From Octopus sinensis (taxonomy: Eukaryota), in NCBI RefSeq assembly GCF_006345805.1, contig NW_021835156.1, forward strand, positions 1 through 42,764: a DNA stretch of 42,764 nucleotides. Reading direction: 5' to 3'. Shown piece by piece: positions 22,570-33,748 of the stretch. A program made the translations under genes and the position numbers. A model generated the notes under the pieces. It saw nothing but the letters and a program-made list of their open reading frames with translations, searched no databases and had not been told where the DNA came from. The number at the start of each line of letters is the position of its first letter. Position 1 is the first letter of the stretch.

Positions 22570-22849
22570 AGCATACATACATACATACATGTATACATAC
22601 ATATATGCACACACACATACATACATACATACATGCATACATACATACATACATACATATATGCACACATACATAACATACATACATACATACATACATA
22701 CATACGTACGTACGTACATAATACAAACATAGTACATGTATACATACATTATATATATATATAATATATATATATATAATAATAGATATAGATATAGATA
22801 TAGATATAGATATATACATATATGTACATATACATAATTCGATAGATAG

Positions 22850-22904
<55 letters not shown>

Positions 22905-23086
22905 CACATAAATGAATAAATATATATATAGATTGATAGATGCACAGGTAGAGAGATAGATACACAAAAAATATTGCGCAGCCTGATGCAGCACTATTTG
23001 TGTGTGTATGTGTGTGTGTGTATGTGTGTGTGTGTGTGTGTGTATGTGTGTGTGTGTGTACGTATGTGTACATTTGTGTGTGTGTG

Positions 23087-23119
<33 letters not shown>

Positions 23120-23160
23120 GCACATTCTTATATACTTACTTATATACGTGTGTATGTGTG
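22570..23160. repeat. Compound (ATAC)/(TA)/(TG) microsatellites
   Basis: Directly visible. Confidence 0.92.
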
Positions 23161-23919
23161 TGCGAACGAGAGGAGGAAGAAGTAAGAAAGAAAGCTTTAT
23201 GTGTTCTGCATAGTCCGCGAAGTCCGGTTCTTCAATTAGGAATAATTCTTTTATTATGCCAAAGAAGATTGCTACTGGACCCCACCAGAAAGTTATATTG
23301 CAAAACAACGAGTTGTCCGAGTTGGTATCTCGAACGAATACAGAAAGAAATCTCAAATTGATATCAACTCACACTGGATGAAGCCAGAGTGGATTTATAG
23401 CACGTCTAACCATTGGCAGACATCTTCACCGTCTTCACTCTTGATTGAAGTAATACATAATCTTTGGAATGATGGTAGCTGTCATCCAAGTTTTTTATTA
23501 TTATTATTATTATTTTTTTTTTAATATATATATCTTCTTATTGATTTCTTCTATTTTGATATAGTGATTATTTCTCAGTTTTTTTGGGGTTTTTTTTTTG
23601 CTTTTTATATTCCTAGAAGTTTCATGTTTGTTTGTTTGTTTGTTGTTTGGCTGGTTTTGTCTGTTTTTTTTTTGTTTGTTTGTTTTTGTTTGTTTGTTTG
23701 TTTGTTTTCAATATCCATGTTTCCAGCCGCTGAAATTTAGAAGATACAGGAAGAAAATAGAGAGATAATGAAAGAAAATACTCATGGCAGTACCGCCCAA
23801 ATTCTACGAAAAAACAAAAAGAAAAAGAAAAAAGAAAAAAAGAAACATAAAAAAACCATACACACAGAAAAGGGAAAGGTATAATCTGCAATCATACAAC
23901 TATCACTAGAGATAACATT

Positions 23920-24400
<481 letters not shown>

Positions 24401-24461
24401 TAAAGAACCTCCTTTCATTTGGCGGTATGCGTGCAAAGAAAACTAAGAAAATATAGTCTGA

Positions 24462-24499
<38 letters not shown>

Positions 24500-24861
24500 C
24501 CCGGTGTTTTTACTCCTATCATATACCACAATACACGCACGCATGTGCACATATATAGTAAGAAAAATAACAGAGCATAAGCAGTTGAGAAGTCCAAATC
24601 TTTTTGATATAGTTTTCCTTGGAGTAAATGTATATCTTTTTCCTCAATCATACAGAAACAACTTTCGCTCCGCTTTGGCACATCATCGGTCATAAATCTT
24701 ACTTAAATCAGCAACACAGATGGTAAAGGTCTTTTCCCAACGGATGCAAAAGTATGGATGATTTCTCTTGTCTTCTTTGTATTATTTTTTTTTCTTGAAA
24801 TTGGCTTTCTTTTCTCTCTATTATAGGTTTTTCATTTGTTAATGTGTGTGTGTGTGTTTGT

Positions 24862-24900
<39 letters not shown>

Positions 24901-25089
24901 GCTGGTTGGTTGGGTGGGTGTTTGGTTGTGTGTGTGAGAGTGAGGAAGATATCTGCTAAACTTTGATGATCGTAACTCAGGCGCAACAAACCTTTAAGTA
25001 GGTGAGCTAAGGCATACGCTAACTGACAGAAATACAAACGCAAAAAAGGTGGAGTTAGACAGGCAGAAAGACAGTCAAACAGAAAGAAA

Positions 25090-25090
25090 G

Positions 25091-25126
<36 letters not shown>

Positions 25127-25210
25127 GCAGACAGAGAGATAGATAGATGGATGGATAGATAGATAGATAGACAGATAGATAGATTAATTGATAGATAGGT
25201 AGATAGGTAG

Positions 25211-25272
<62 letters not shown>

Positions 25273-25444
25273 GATAGATAGATTGATAGATAGGTAGATA
25301 GATATATATATAGATGATAGATAGATAGGTCGATAGATAGATAGATAGATTGATAGACAAAAAACAGATAGATAGATAGAAAGATAGATAGATAGATGGA
25401 TGGATGGATAGACAGACAGACAGACAAAAACCCAGATAGATAAT

Positions 25445-25522
<78 letters not shown>

Positions 25523-25530
25523 TATAGAGA
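25090..25530. repeat. (GATA)n array
   Basis: Directly visible. Confidence 0.95.
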
Positions 25531-25770
25531 GAGGAAAGGAGGTAGTAAAGGTAGAGACAATATCAACACTCATATACAGATATATTACACACTCACACAC
25601 ATACACACACAACTAGAGCTTCGGTGGTGGAAACCCATATATATATCATAGTGGAAATAAAACACAAATAAAAGTAAATATGATGTTCGTTCTTGTGTTG
25701 GCTTTTATGAAAAGTTTCATAAGTGCCAACGAACGAAACTCTTAGTCCGTGAGTCACTCTGTAAATTCTC

Positions 25771-25825
<55 letters not shown>

Positions 25826-25828
<3 letters not shown>

Positions 25829-26320
25829 CGCTGGAGTGGCTGTGTGACCAACCATTAGTCCCAGATTCAGCCCCACTGCCTGACATCTTGGGCGAGTGTC
25901 TTTTACTTTAGCCTCGGGTCGACCAAAGTCTTGTGAGTGGATTTGGTAGAGGGAAACTGAAAGAAGCCCGTCATATATATATAAAACACACCAGATCGGT
26001 TGTGAATCGATGTAAGGGACAAGAATTCAGCGCACACATGCATACATATATATATGTATAAATGTGTGTATATATATGTGTATATATATATGTGTGTGTG
26101 TGTATGTATATATGTATGCATGTATGTGCCCCCTTACCATCGCTTGACAACCGATGTTGGTGTGTTTATGTTCCCGTAACATTAACGGTCCGGCAAAGAT
26201 ATCGATAGAATAAATATTAGGCTTACAAAGAATAAGTCCTGTGGTCGATTTGTTCGAATAAAGTGGTGCTCCAGGATGGCTGCCGTCAAATGGCGCAACA
26301 AATAAAAGAATATTAGAATA
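25826..26320 (+). mobile_element. SINE family 2 with internal microsatellite and a small inverted fragment
   Basis: Head, cttgggcgagtgtctt, gtgagtggatttggtaga and the 3' half are all recognisable. Confidence 0.8.
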
Positions 26321-26331
26321 AAAGTATATAA

Positions 26332-26362
<31 letters not shown>

Positions 26363-26366
<4 letters not shown>

Positions 26367-26944
26367 CTTTTTACTATTAACTTTTTTAGCGCTTTCTTCC
26401 GTTATCGGACTTATGGTTCAAATTTAGCTTTCTAGGTTTTTATAAAGAATTTTCTAGTGTTTGCCAAGCAAGGAAGAAAGAAGAATTTTTGAGGAGAATT
26501 TTGAGGTAAAAGGCGTGGCTTTTGTATGGTCAAGCTTATTTGTTAGTACTTTTTTTTATCCTACATTAGTTATAAATTGAATAGTGTTTCATTTCCGGAT
26601 TCTCTCATTCTGTGAAAGTTTCTAGTTCGAATCACACGTATCTCGAGATGTGCCGAAGATTTTTCTATTTTGGATATATTTGGGGTACTTAGGTATGCTC
26701 TGGACTTAGTGCTTGCTTTTTCCATGGGTATGAGTAAGTATTTCACTTATATCTCGCGTATTTGCCGCTGAAGAGGGGAAAATTTATTAATTAACCCCGA
26801 AATTGGACCAAAATGGTAATAACGAATTTTTTAAGAGATTCTATAGGTTTGTTTCGAGACGCATAAATTATAATGGTTATTGAAAAGTTTTGTCTTTTTT
26901 TCGGCATATTTGGCATTAGAATTTTTCTTTTGCCCTTATCTTGT

Positions 26945-26946
<2 letters not shown>
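26363..26946 (+). mobile_element. ~580-bp non-coding element between two (TA)n tracts, carrying a hammerhead (solo pLTR or retrozyme-like)
   Basis: T/G-skewed island without an ORF, bounded by (TA)n at both ends; contains the HHR at 26762-26819. Confidence 0.55.
26762..26819 (+). ncRNA. Type I hammerhead ribozyme, one substitution from canonical
   Basis: Stem I TTGCCG/TGGTAA; CTGAAGA 26768-74; stem II GGGG/CCCC; GAAA 26799-802; stem III TTG/CAA; A at position 16.1 (26812) where U is expected. Confidence 0.7.
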
Positions 26947-26996
<50 letters not shown>

Positions 26997-28232
26997 TATA
27001 TAAATATATAAATATACATACATATAAATTTATATATATATGTATGTTATGTATATATATATATATATTATATATTATATATATATATATATATTATATA
27101 TATATATATATAACATTTACTTACTCGTATGTCTGTGTGCGAGTATATATAACATATACATATATTATATATATATATATATATTATATATATATATATC
27201 GCCATGTTGATTCGCTAGCCTCTGCATGCATTTTTTTTCTCTCCTTGTTTCTTTCTGTGTTTCTTTTCTGTGTATCATTCTGTTGAAGAGCGTAGGCCGA
27301 AACATAAAAGACTTGTTTTAATTTTATTCCTCAGCGCCATACTAATACGATTGTTTGTTTGTATTCCACCTGCCTTCGTCTTTTGTTTATTTTCATAAAG
27401 CTTCCCGTTATATATATATATACGGTTACACACAGACACACACACACACATGCGCACACATGCACACATTATCATCTACCTGAATGCAAATATGTTTTAT
27501 ATCTCTACGGTGCTTTTGATATCAAGATAGATCCCGACGCATAGGCGCGAGCATCTCGCCAGATTGATCAATTTCGCATATGCGATAAGTAATGAGTACG
27601 ATGCGTAAGTTGTTCTCTGATATGTGAATGCTTATTCAGTGCTGCTTCTGTTTAACGCCAAATGTTTCAATGGAGATTTTGAAGACCAAGTTTTTTACTT
27701 TGAGTACCGCAATATAGAAAATCAGTAATTCAGTGAGATGAACGAAGAGCAAGGAGGAAAAAAAGAAAGAAAAAGGAAAAAGAAAAGAGAGAAGCGAAGG
27801 ATAAATAACGGAATAGAATAACAGAAAATATCCAAGGATAAAGCATTACCAATTGATATATAAAGAAAAATGTTATTGAGAATATAAAAGGGAAAAAAAA
27901 ATGATATATTCAAGATACATCCCCGATAACCAATAAGGCTGAGTAGACTGGAATGTACCATTTTCATAGATACATTCACTCACTCAGACACACAACCAGA
28001 GGCATACACACACTTATATAGGTATAAATATGTGTACATGTATATCTATCTATCTATCTATCTATCTATCGATATATATGTATGTATGTATATATATATA
28101 TATATTTATACATATATACTTATTTATTTATTTATTTATTCATAAATATATGCATATATATTTATACACACATATATGTATTTATATACGTATATAAATA
28201 TCTATACACACATATTTATATGTATATATATC

Positions 28233-28576
28233 CCGGAGTAAACACATAAATGTAAAACAAGGTGGAAAAAAGAGTACTCAAATACCAGTGCTAGAGTAAT
28301 ATGCTTTATTTATTCTAGCAAAAACTGTCCGATGAACGGCAACGGAAAACTTAGAGTAACAGGTTTTGTTGAATTTTCTGCTGCTTTAAATAAAGTATGT
28401 ATATATATACCGGAGTAAACACATAAATGTAAAACAAGGTGGAAAAAAGAGTACTCAAATACCAGTGCTAGAGTAATATGCTTTATTTATTCTAGCAAAA
28501 ACTGTCCGATGAACGGCAACGGAAAACTTAGAGTACAGGTTTTGTTGAATTTTCTGCTGCTTTAAATAAAGTATGT
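28233..28576 (+). repeat. Two tandem near-identical 177-bp units in a (TA)n context
   Basis: ccggagtaaacac starts at 28233 and 28410; the only difference seen in the unit body is a 1-nt deletion (gagtaacagg vs gagtacagg). Confidence 0.95.
28320..28367 (+). ncRNA. Variant type I hammerhead-like motif in the 177-bp unit (second copy at 28497-28543)
   Basis: Stem I AAAA.CTGT/ACAG.TTTT; core CCGATGA+A; stem II CG-GCAA-CG; GAAA+A; stem III ACT-TAG-AGT; H17 = A at 28358. Confidence 0.55.
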
Positions 28577-28585
28577 AATATATAC

Positions 28586-28648
<63 letters not shown>

Positions 28649-28936
28649 ACACATATTTATACAAACATACATGCATATATATAAATTATATCAATATGGA
28701 TATTCCACTGATGAAGGCAAGTATTTCTTATGCAGAGTCAGAAATCCGGGATCTCGAATTATCCAGTAATTTTTGGCTAGTTTATTTTGTCTTCTCGCCT
28801 GGTGCTGGATGAACATTTAATGTCGTTTTAGAGTCAAGTTTTGGTTGCTGTTTCCAACGTAGTGGTATCTCTTAGATACCTTAAATTATAATTTTTGCAT
28901 ACATACATACATACATACATACATACATACATACAT

Positions 28937-28973
<37 letters not shown>

Positions 28974-29548
28974 TACACACACATACACACATATATATAT
29001 ATACATACATACTTACATATATGTGTGCTTGTATACATGTATATGTGTGTATGTTTGCGTTCATGAAGACGCGTAGCGTTTTGGTTAGGTGTGTTGCCCT
29101 CTCCATCACAAGATCGTTCTGTCGTTTTGCAGAATGTGTGTTCTTCAGGAAAACACTTCTGTTTATAAATGCTCATCAGTACATGAGTCACCACGCGGTT
29201 GACAGGTGTCCTGTTCAGGGGGAATGATGGTGTTGCCCGCCTTGCTTAGCAATGTAGCATCATTTGAAATATTTTCGTAGAAGCGCATTGTGAACAGCGG
29301 TGTCTGACAGCATCCTGTAGTCGGGGTATAACAATGATGTGACATGAAGTATATTAGTGGAACAACTTGTCACACAAAACTACACCACTGCCTATCTGTG
29401 TGCTGTTTTGGTTTTGCGTTTTTGAAACCTGCTACGTATTCTGTCGGATACTTTCTCCGTACTGCACAGTTGCAGGGACGTAGACCAATCGGCGCCAGTT
29501 ATGAAACGGTTATGTTACACAAATACAAGCGCACGCTTACACACACAC

Positions 29549-29597
<49 letters not shown>

Positions 29598-29612
29598 CAG
29601 ACACACATACAT

Positions 29613-29839
29613 ACGAGCTTGCAGAAACGTTAGCACGCCGGGTGAAATGCGTAGCCATATTTCGTCTGCCGTTACGTTCTGAGTTCAAATTCCGCCGAGG
29701 TCAACTTTGCCTTTCATCCTTTCAGGGTCGATAAATTAAGTACCAGTTACGCACTGGCGTTGATATAATCGACATAATCCGTTTGTCTGTCATTGTTTGT
29801 CCCCTCTGTGTTTAGCCCCTTGTGGGTAGTAAAGAAATA
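29613..29839 (+). mobile_element. SINE family 3
   Basis: gcagaaacgttagcacgccggg..gttctgagttcaaattccgccgagg..gggtagtaaagaaata. Confidence 0.9.
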
Positions 29840-30302
29840 TATATATATCCACCTGTGTACATATGTATATACATACATGCATAAACAGAAGCATACACAC
29901 ATATAATAGCCTTTCACCCATGATCGAGAAAGACCATTAGTGACCATTGCCCATGCAAAACACCAGCAATGCCCATGCATGAGACAACTGTACCCGCGCT
30001 CGTCTACGGGCCTGCGGCTTACTCGACCGGGCATTAGAATCTCGCCACGCTGGAAATTGCACAACCTGAAATTTTAGTTCCAACGCCTTGTGGGTGAATT
30101 TAGTGAAGTTGTAGGTATGTTTAGTAGCTAGAAACGGAAAGATGCATAACGGTCTTTTTCGTATATGTGTGTGTGTGTGTGGCTCTGTGTGTGCGCATAT
30201 GTATGTATATTTATACGTATATGTATTTATGTGCATATATAATTGTATATATATGTATGTATCTCTCTCTCTCTATATATATATATATGTGTGTGTGTGT
30301 TT

Positions 30303-30348
<46 letters not shown>

Positions 30349-30569
30349 GTCTGTATCGTAATATTTGTATATGTATACTAAAATCATGAAGCAGGTTACA
30401 TAATAACAGGCTAATCAGATATGAGATAATAAGAATTCAAAGTAAATAACTCTGAAAAGGGCTTTTTGCGTTCCCAAAGAATATTACCCTCAGCGGTGCT
30501 AGTGTTGTTATATTCGTGAAAAAGTCACTAACCGAAATAAGTGGATCTATTGATTTAGAAAATACTGCT

Positions 30570-30937
30570 TACTTATTTTATGGCTGTACTGGATAAATTA
30601 CAGAAATAATTCTAACAGTTCAAATGCTAAGAATTAAACATACTCAATTTGATTTATACCAAATGATTTAGGAAAATGAATGGCTTATTTTCCTTGGCTA
30701 TTACAATCTGGGCGAATGGGTTATTTTTCTTGGTTGTTACGATGAAATATATTAGATATATATAATGGTCCCTTCCAGGGATCCTATTATCGATTTTTGC
30801 AACAATCTGAGGATGCCACGAGGTTTCCAGACATCAGTTCTACACACGGGTCAAGTTTCATCAAAATCGGTAAAACAATGTAGGATGAGTTAGCTAACAA
30901 CTCCACTAACACACACAGACAGAATTTCCCACATATG

Positions 30938-30940
<3 letters not shown>
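30570..30940 (+). mobile_element. Helentron-associated / DINE-1-like element
   Basis: gtcaagtttcatcaaaatcgg..gagttagctaac..cagacag..catatgtagat; homologous to 3208-3535. Confidence 0.6.
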
Positions 30941-30973
<33 letters not shown>

Positions 30974-31004
30974 TAGATAGATAGATAGATAGATATATAG
31001 ATAA

Positions 31005-31083
<79 letters not shown>

Positions 31084-31200
31084 CATAGATAGATAGATAG
31101 ATAGATACTTACATACATATACATACATACATACATACATACATACATACGTACGTATATATATATGCATGCATACATACATGCATGCATATATACGTAA
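30940..31200. repeat. (GATA)n/(GACA)n/(ATAC)n array
   Basis: Directly visible. Confidence 0.95.
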
Positions 31201-31446
31201 ACTGAAATATCTACAGCATCTATATCATATACGCAAACATTTTGATGTACGTACATATACGTATGTGTGTTTGTGTGTGTTTTATTAGTCGTCACTGCTG
31301 CGACCGCTGACACGATTTTGTAGCGAATAGAAGAAATGTTTCGCGCGGAAGATTTATAATACGTGACTTTGCTCCACAATTGGTCTGTGATCATAATGCA
31401 TTAGAGAAAATGTCGGAAGACTTCGGGAATCGAAAAGTTTTTAATA

Positions 31447-32288
31447 AGTACTAGCAGTATCGCCCGGCGTTGCTCGGGTTTGTAAGGGAAATAACTATAT
31501 AGGCGCAGGAGTGGATGGTGGTAAGTAGCTTGCTAACCAACCACATGGTTCCGGGTTCAGTCCCACTGCGTGGCATCTTGGGCAAGTGTCTTTGCTATAG
31601 CCACCCCGGGCGACCAATGCCTTGTGAGTGGATTTGGTAGACGGAAACTGAAAGAAGCCTGTCGTATATATGTATATATATGTATGTGTATGTATATGTT
31701 TGTGTGTCTGTGTTTGTCCCTCTAGCATTGCTTGACAACCGATGCTGGTGTGTTTACGTCCCCGTCACTTAGCGGTTCGGCAAAAGAGACCGATACAATA
31801 AGTACAGGGCTTACAAAGAATAAGTCCCGGGGTCGATTTGCTCGACTAAAGGCGGTGCTCCAGCATGGCCGCAGTCAAATGACTGAAACAAGTAAAAGAA
31901 TAAAAAGAGTAAAGAGTATATAAGCATTTTTTTATGGTTGTACTGGATAAATTACAGAAATAGCCAAAAATAGCAAAAACATGCATTAAAAATGGAAAAA
32001 AAATGATGGTAAAATTTTTTTTAAATCGTTGACTCATCGTAGACATTTTTAGAGAGTTACTTCCCTTATATAATAGCGAAAAAATGCATTAAAATAGAAA
32101 AAATGATGGTAAATCTTTTTTAAAATCGTAGACTCATCGTAGACGCGCGCTAATACCCAGAAGGGCTCGATATGAATCACGACTATAAGATACCCGGTTT
32201 TGGTTAAGCTGCACCGCAAAATGTGGGAGTAGTTAGGAATCTAAATCGTAGGAGACAGACACACAACCTTACTTTCATATATAAAGAT
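31447..32288 (+). mobile_element. Helentron-associated non-autonomous element interrupted by a SINE
   Basis: 5' end actagcagtatcgcccggcgttgctcggg, internal ~110-bp duplication (atgcattaaaa..gactcatcgtagac), 3' end cagacacac..tttcatatataaagat. Confidence 0.65.
31502..31916 (+). mobile_element. Full-length SINE family 2 nested in the Helentron-like element
   Basis: ggcgcaggagtgg head to aagtaaaagaataaaaagagt tail; tatata duplicated at 31496-31501 and 31917-31922. Confidence 0.92.
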
Positions 32289-32399
32289 ATGCGGTTGTTG
32301 ACACTCGATTTGAGAGAGAGAGAGAGAGAGACAGAGAGACAGAGAGAGAGAGCGGTGGGGGAGTCGGGTTTACAAATCTGTGTTCTCAGCATTTTTCAT

Positions 32400-32620
32400 T
32401 TACCTTGATGAAACCTGACCACATTTTCATAATCCGTAAACGAAGGTTCAACGTATAGAATACCGTCACATCTTATGTCCAATTCCTAAGAATTTCAAGA
32501 GCCAACCATCAGCACAGAAAGTCATGGTGACTACTTTTTCGGATGAAGATGACAAAAGTGTCATTGACCTTAATTTTTTCAAAGTGTTTTTTATTGTCAA
32601 TGATACATTACGGTACTGAA
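32400..32620 (+). mobile_element. Mariner transposase remnant
   Basis: YLDET*PHFHNP*TKVQRIEYRH..PKNFKSQPSAQKVMVT, compared with typical mariner GDETW.HHYDPETK.QS.EWRH..PKKFK.QPSAGKVM. Confidence 0.75.
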
Positions 32621-32817
32621 TGAACCACCGAGAATAAAGGGAAAAAGATGCAGAACCAGATACACTTGTTTAGTCCAATGAAAGTGAGTTTACGATCCAT
32701 AATAAATATATATTAGCTGCTCCTCGACTATTCTCAGTATTTTTGTAGCCTCACGTAAAACTGCATGCATTTTTGATGCGCTTTCAGAGCGTGCTGAAGC
32801 AAGATCGCGAAACCGTT

Positions 32818-33207
32818 TACTCTTTTACTTGTTTCAGTCATTTGACTGCGGCCATGCTGGAGCACCGCCTTTAGTCGAGCAAATCTTTTGTAAGCCCAGT
32901 ACTTATTCTATCGGTCTCTTTTTGCCGAACCGCTAAGTGACGGGGACGTAAACACACCACCATCGGTTGTCAAGTGATGCTAGGGGGACAAACACAAACA
33001 CACACAAACACATACACATACACATATATATATATATACATATATACGACAGGCTTCTTTCAGTTTCCGTCTACCAAATCCACTCACAAGGCATTGGTTG
33101 GCCCGGGGCTATAGCAGAAGACACTTGCCCAAGATGCCACGCAGTGGGACTGAACCCGGAACCATGTGGTTGGTTAGCAAGTTACTTACCACACAGCCAC
33201 TCCTGCG
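32818..33207 (-). mobile_element. Full-length SINE family 2
   Basis: Reverse complement of 31502-31916. Confidence 0.92.
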
Positions 33208-33361
33208 TTTATTTATTTTTTAAATTTCCTTTTATTGACACATCTGTGTCATTCTCGCCGTCGTAAGTCGAGTGAACCAGGGATTGGGACGTTCAAAACT
33301 TTAAAATCGGACGATAGAGGTAAAAGATAGGATAATCTCATGTAAGATATCCATGAATATA

Positions 33362-33748
33362 AGGAAGCACTCCGTCGGTTACGACGACGAGGGTTCCGGT
33401 TGATCCGAATCAACGGAACAGCCTGCTCGTGAAATTAACGTGTAAGTGGCTGAGCACTCCACAGACACGTGTACCCTTAACGTAGTTCTCGGGGATATTC
33501 AGCGTGACACAGAGAGTGACAAGGCCGGCCCCTTTGAAATACAGGTACAACAGAAACAGGAAGTAAGAGTGAGAGAAAGTTGTGGTGAAAGAGTACAGCA
33601 GGGATCACCACCATCCCCTGCCGGAGCCTCGTGGAGCTTTTAGGTGTTTTCGCTCAATAAACACTCACAACACCCGGTCTGGGAATCGAAACCGCGATCC
33701 TATGACTGCGAGTCCGCTGCCCTAACAACTGGGCCATTGCGCCTCCAC
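33362..33748 (-). mobile_element. Full-length SINE family 1 tail type B with 11-bp TSD
   Basis: TSD ccatgaatata at 33351-33361 and 33749-33759; head shared with type A. Confidence 0.93.

Noticed and set aside
29140-29180. Minus-strand CTGATGA-GCATTTATAAACA-GAAG and a neighbouring CTGAAGA
   Set aside because: Neither is followed by an intact stem II and GAAA.
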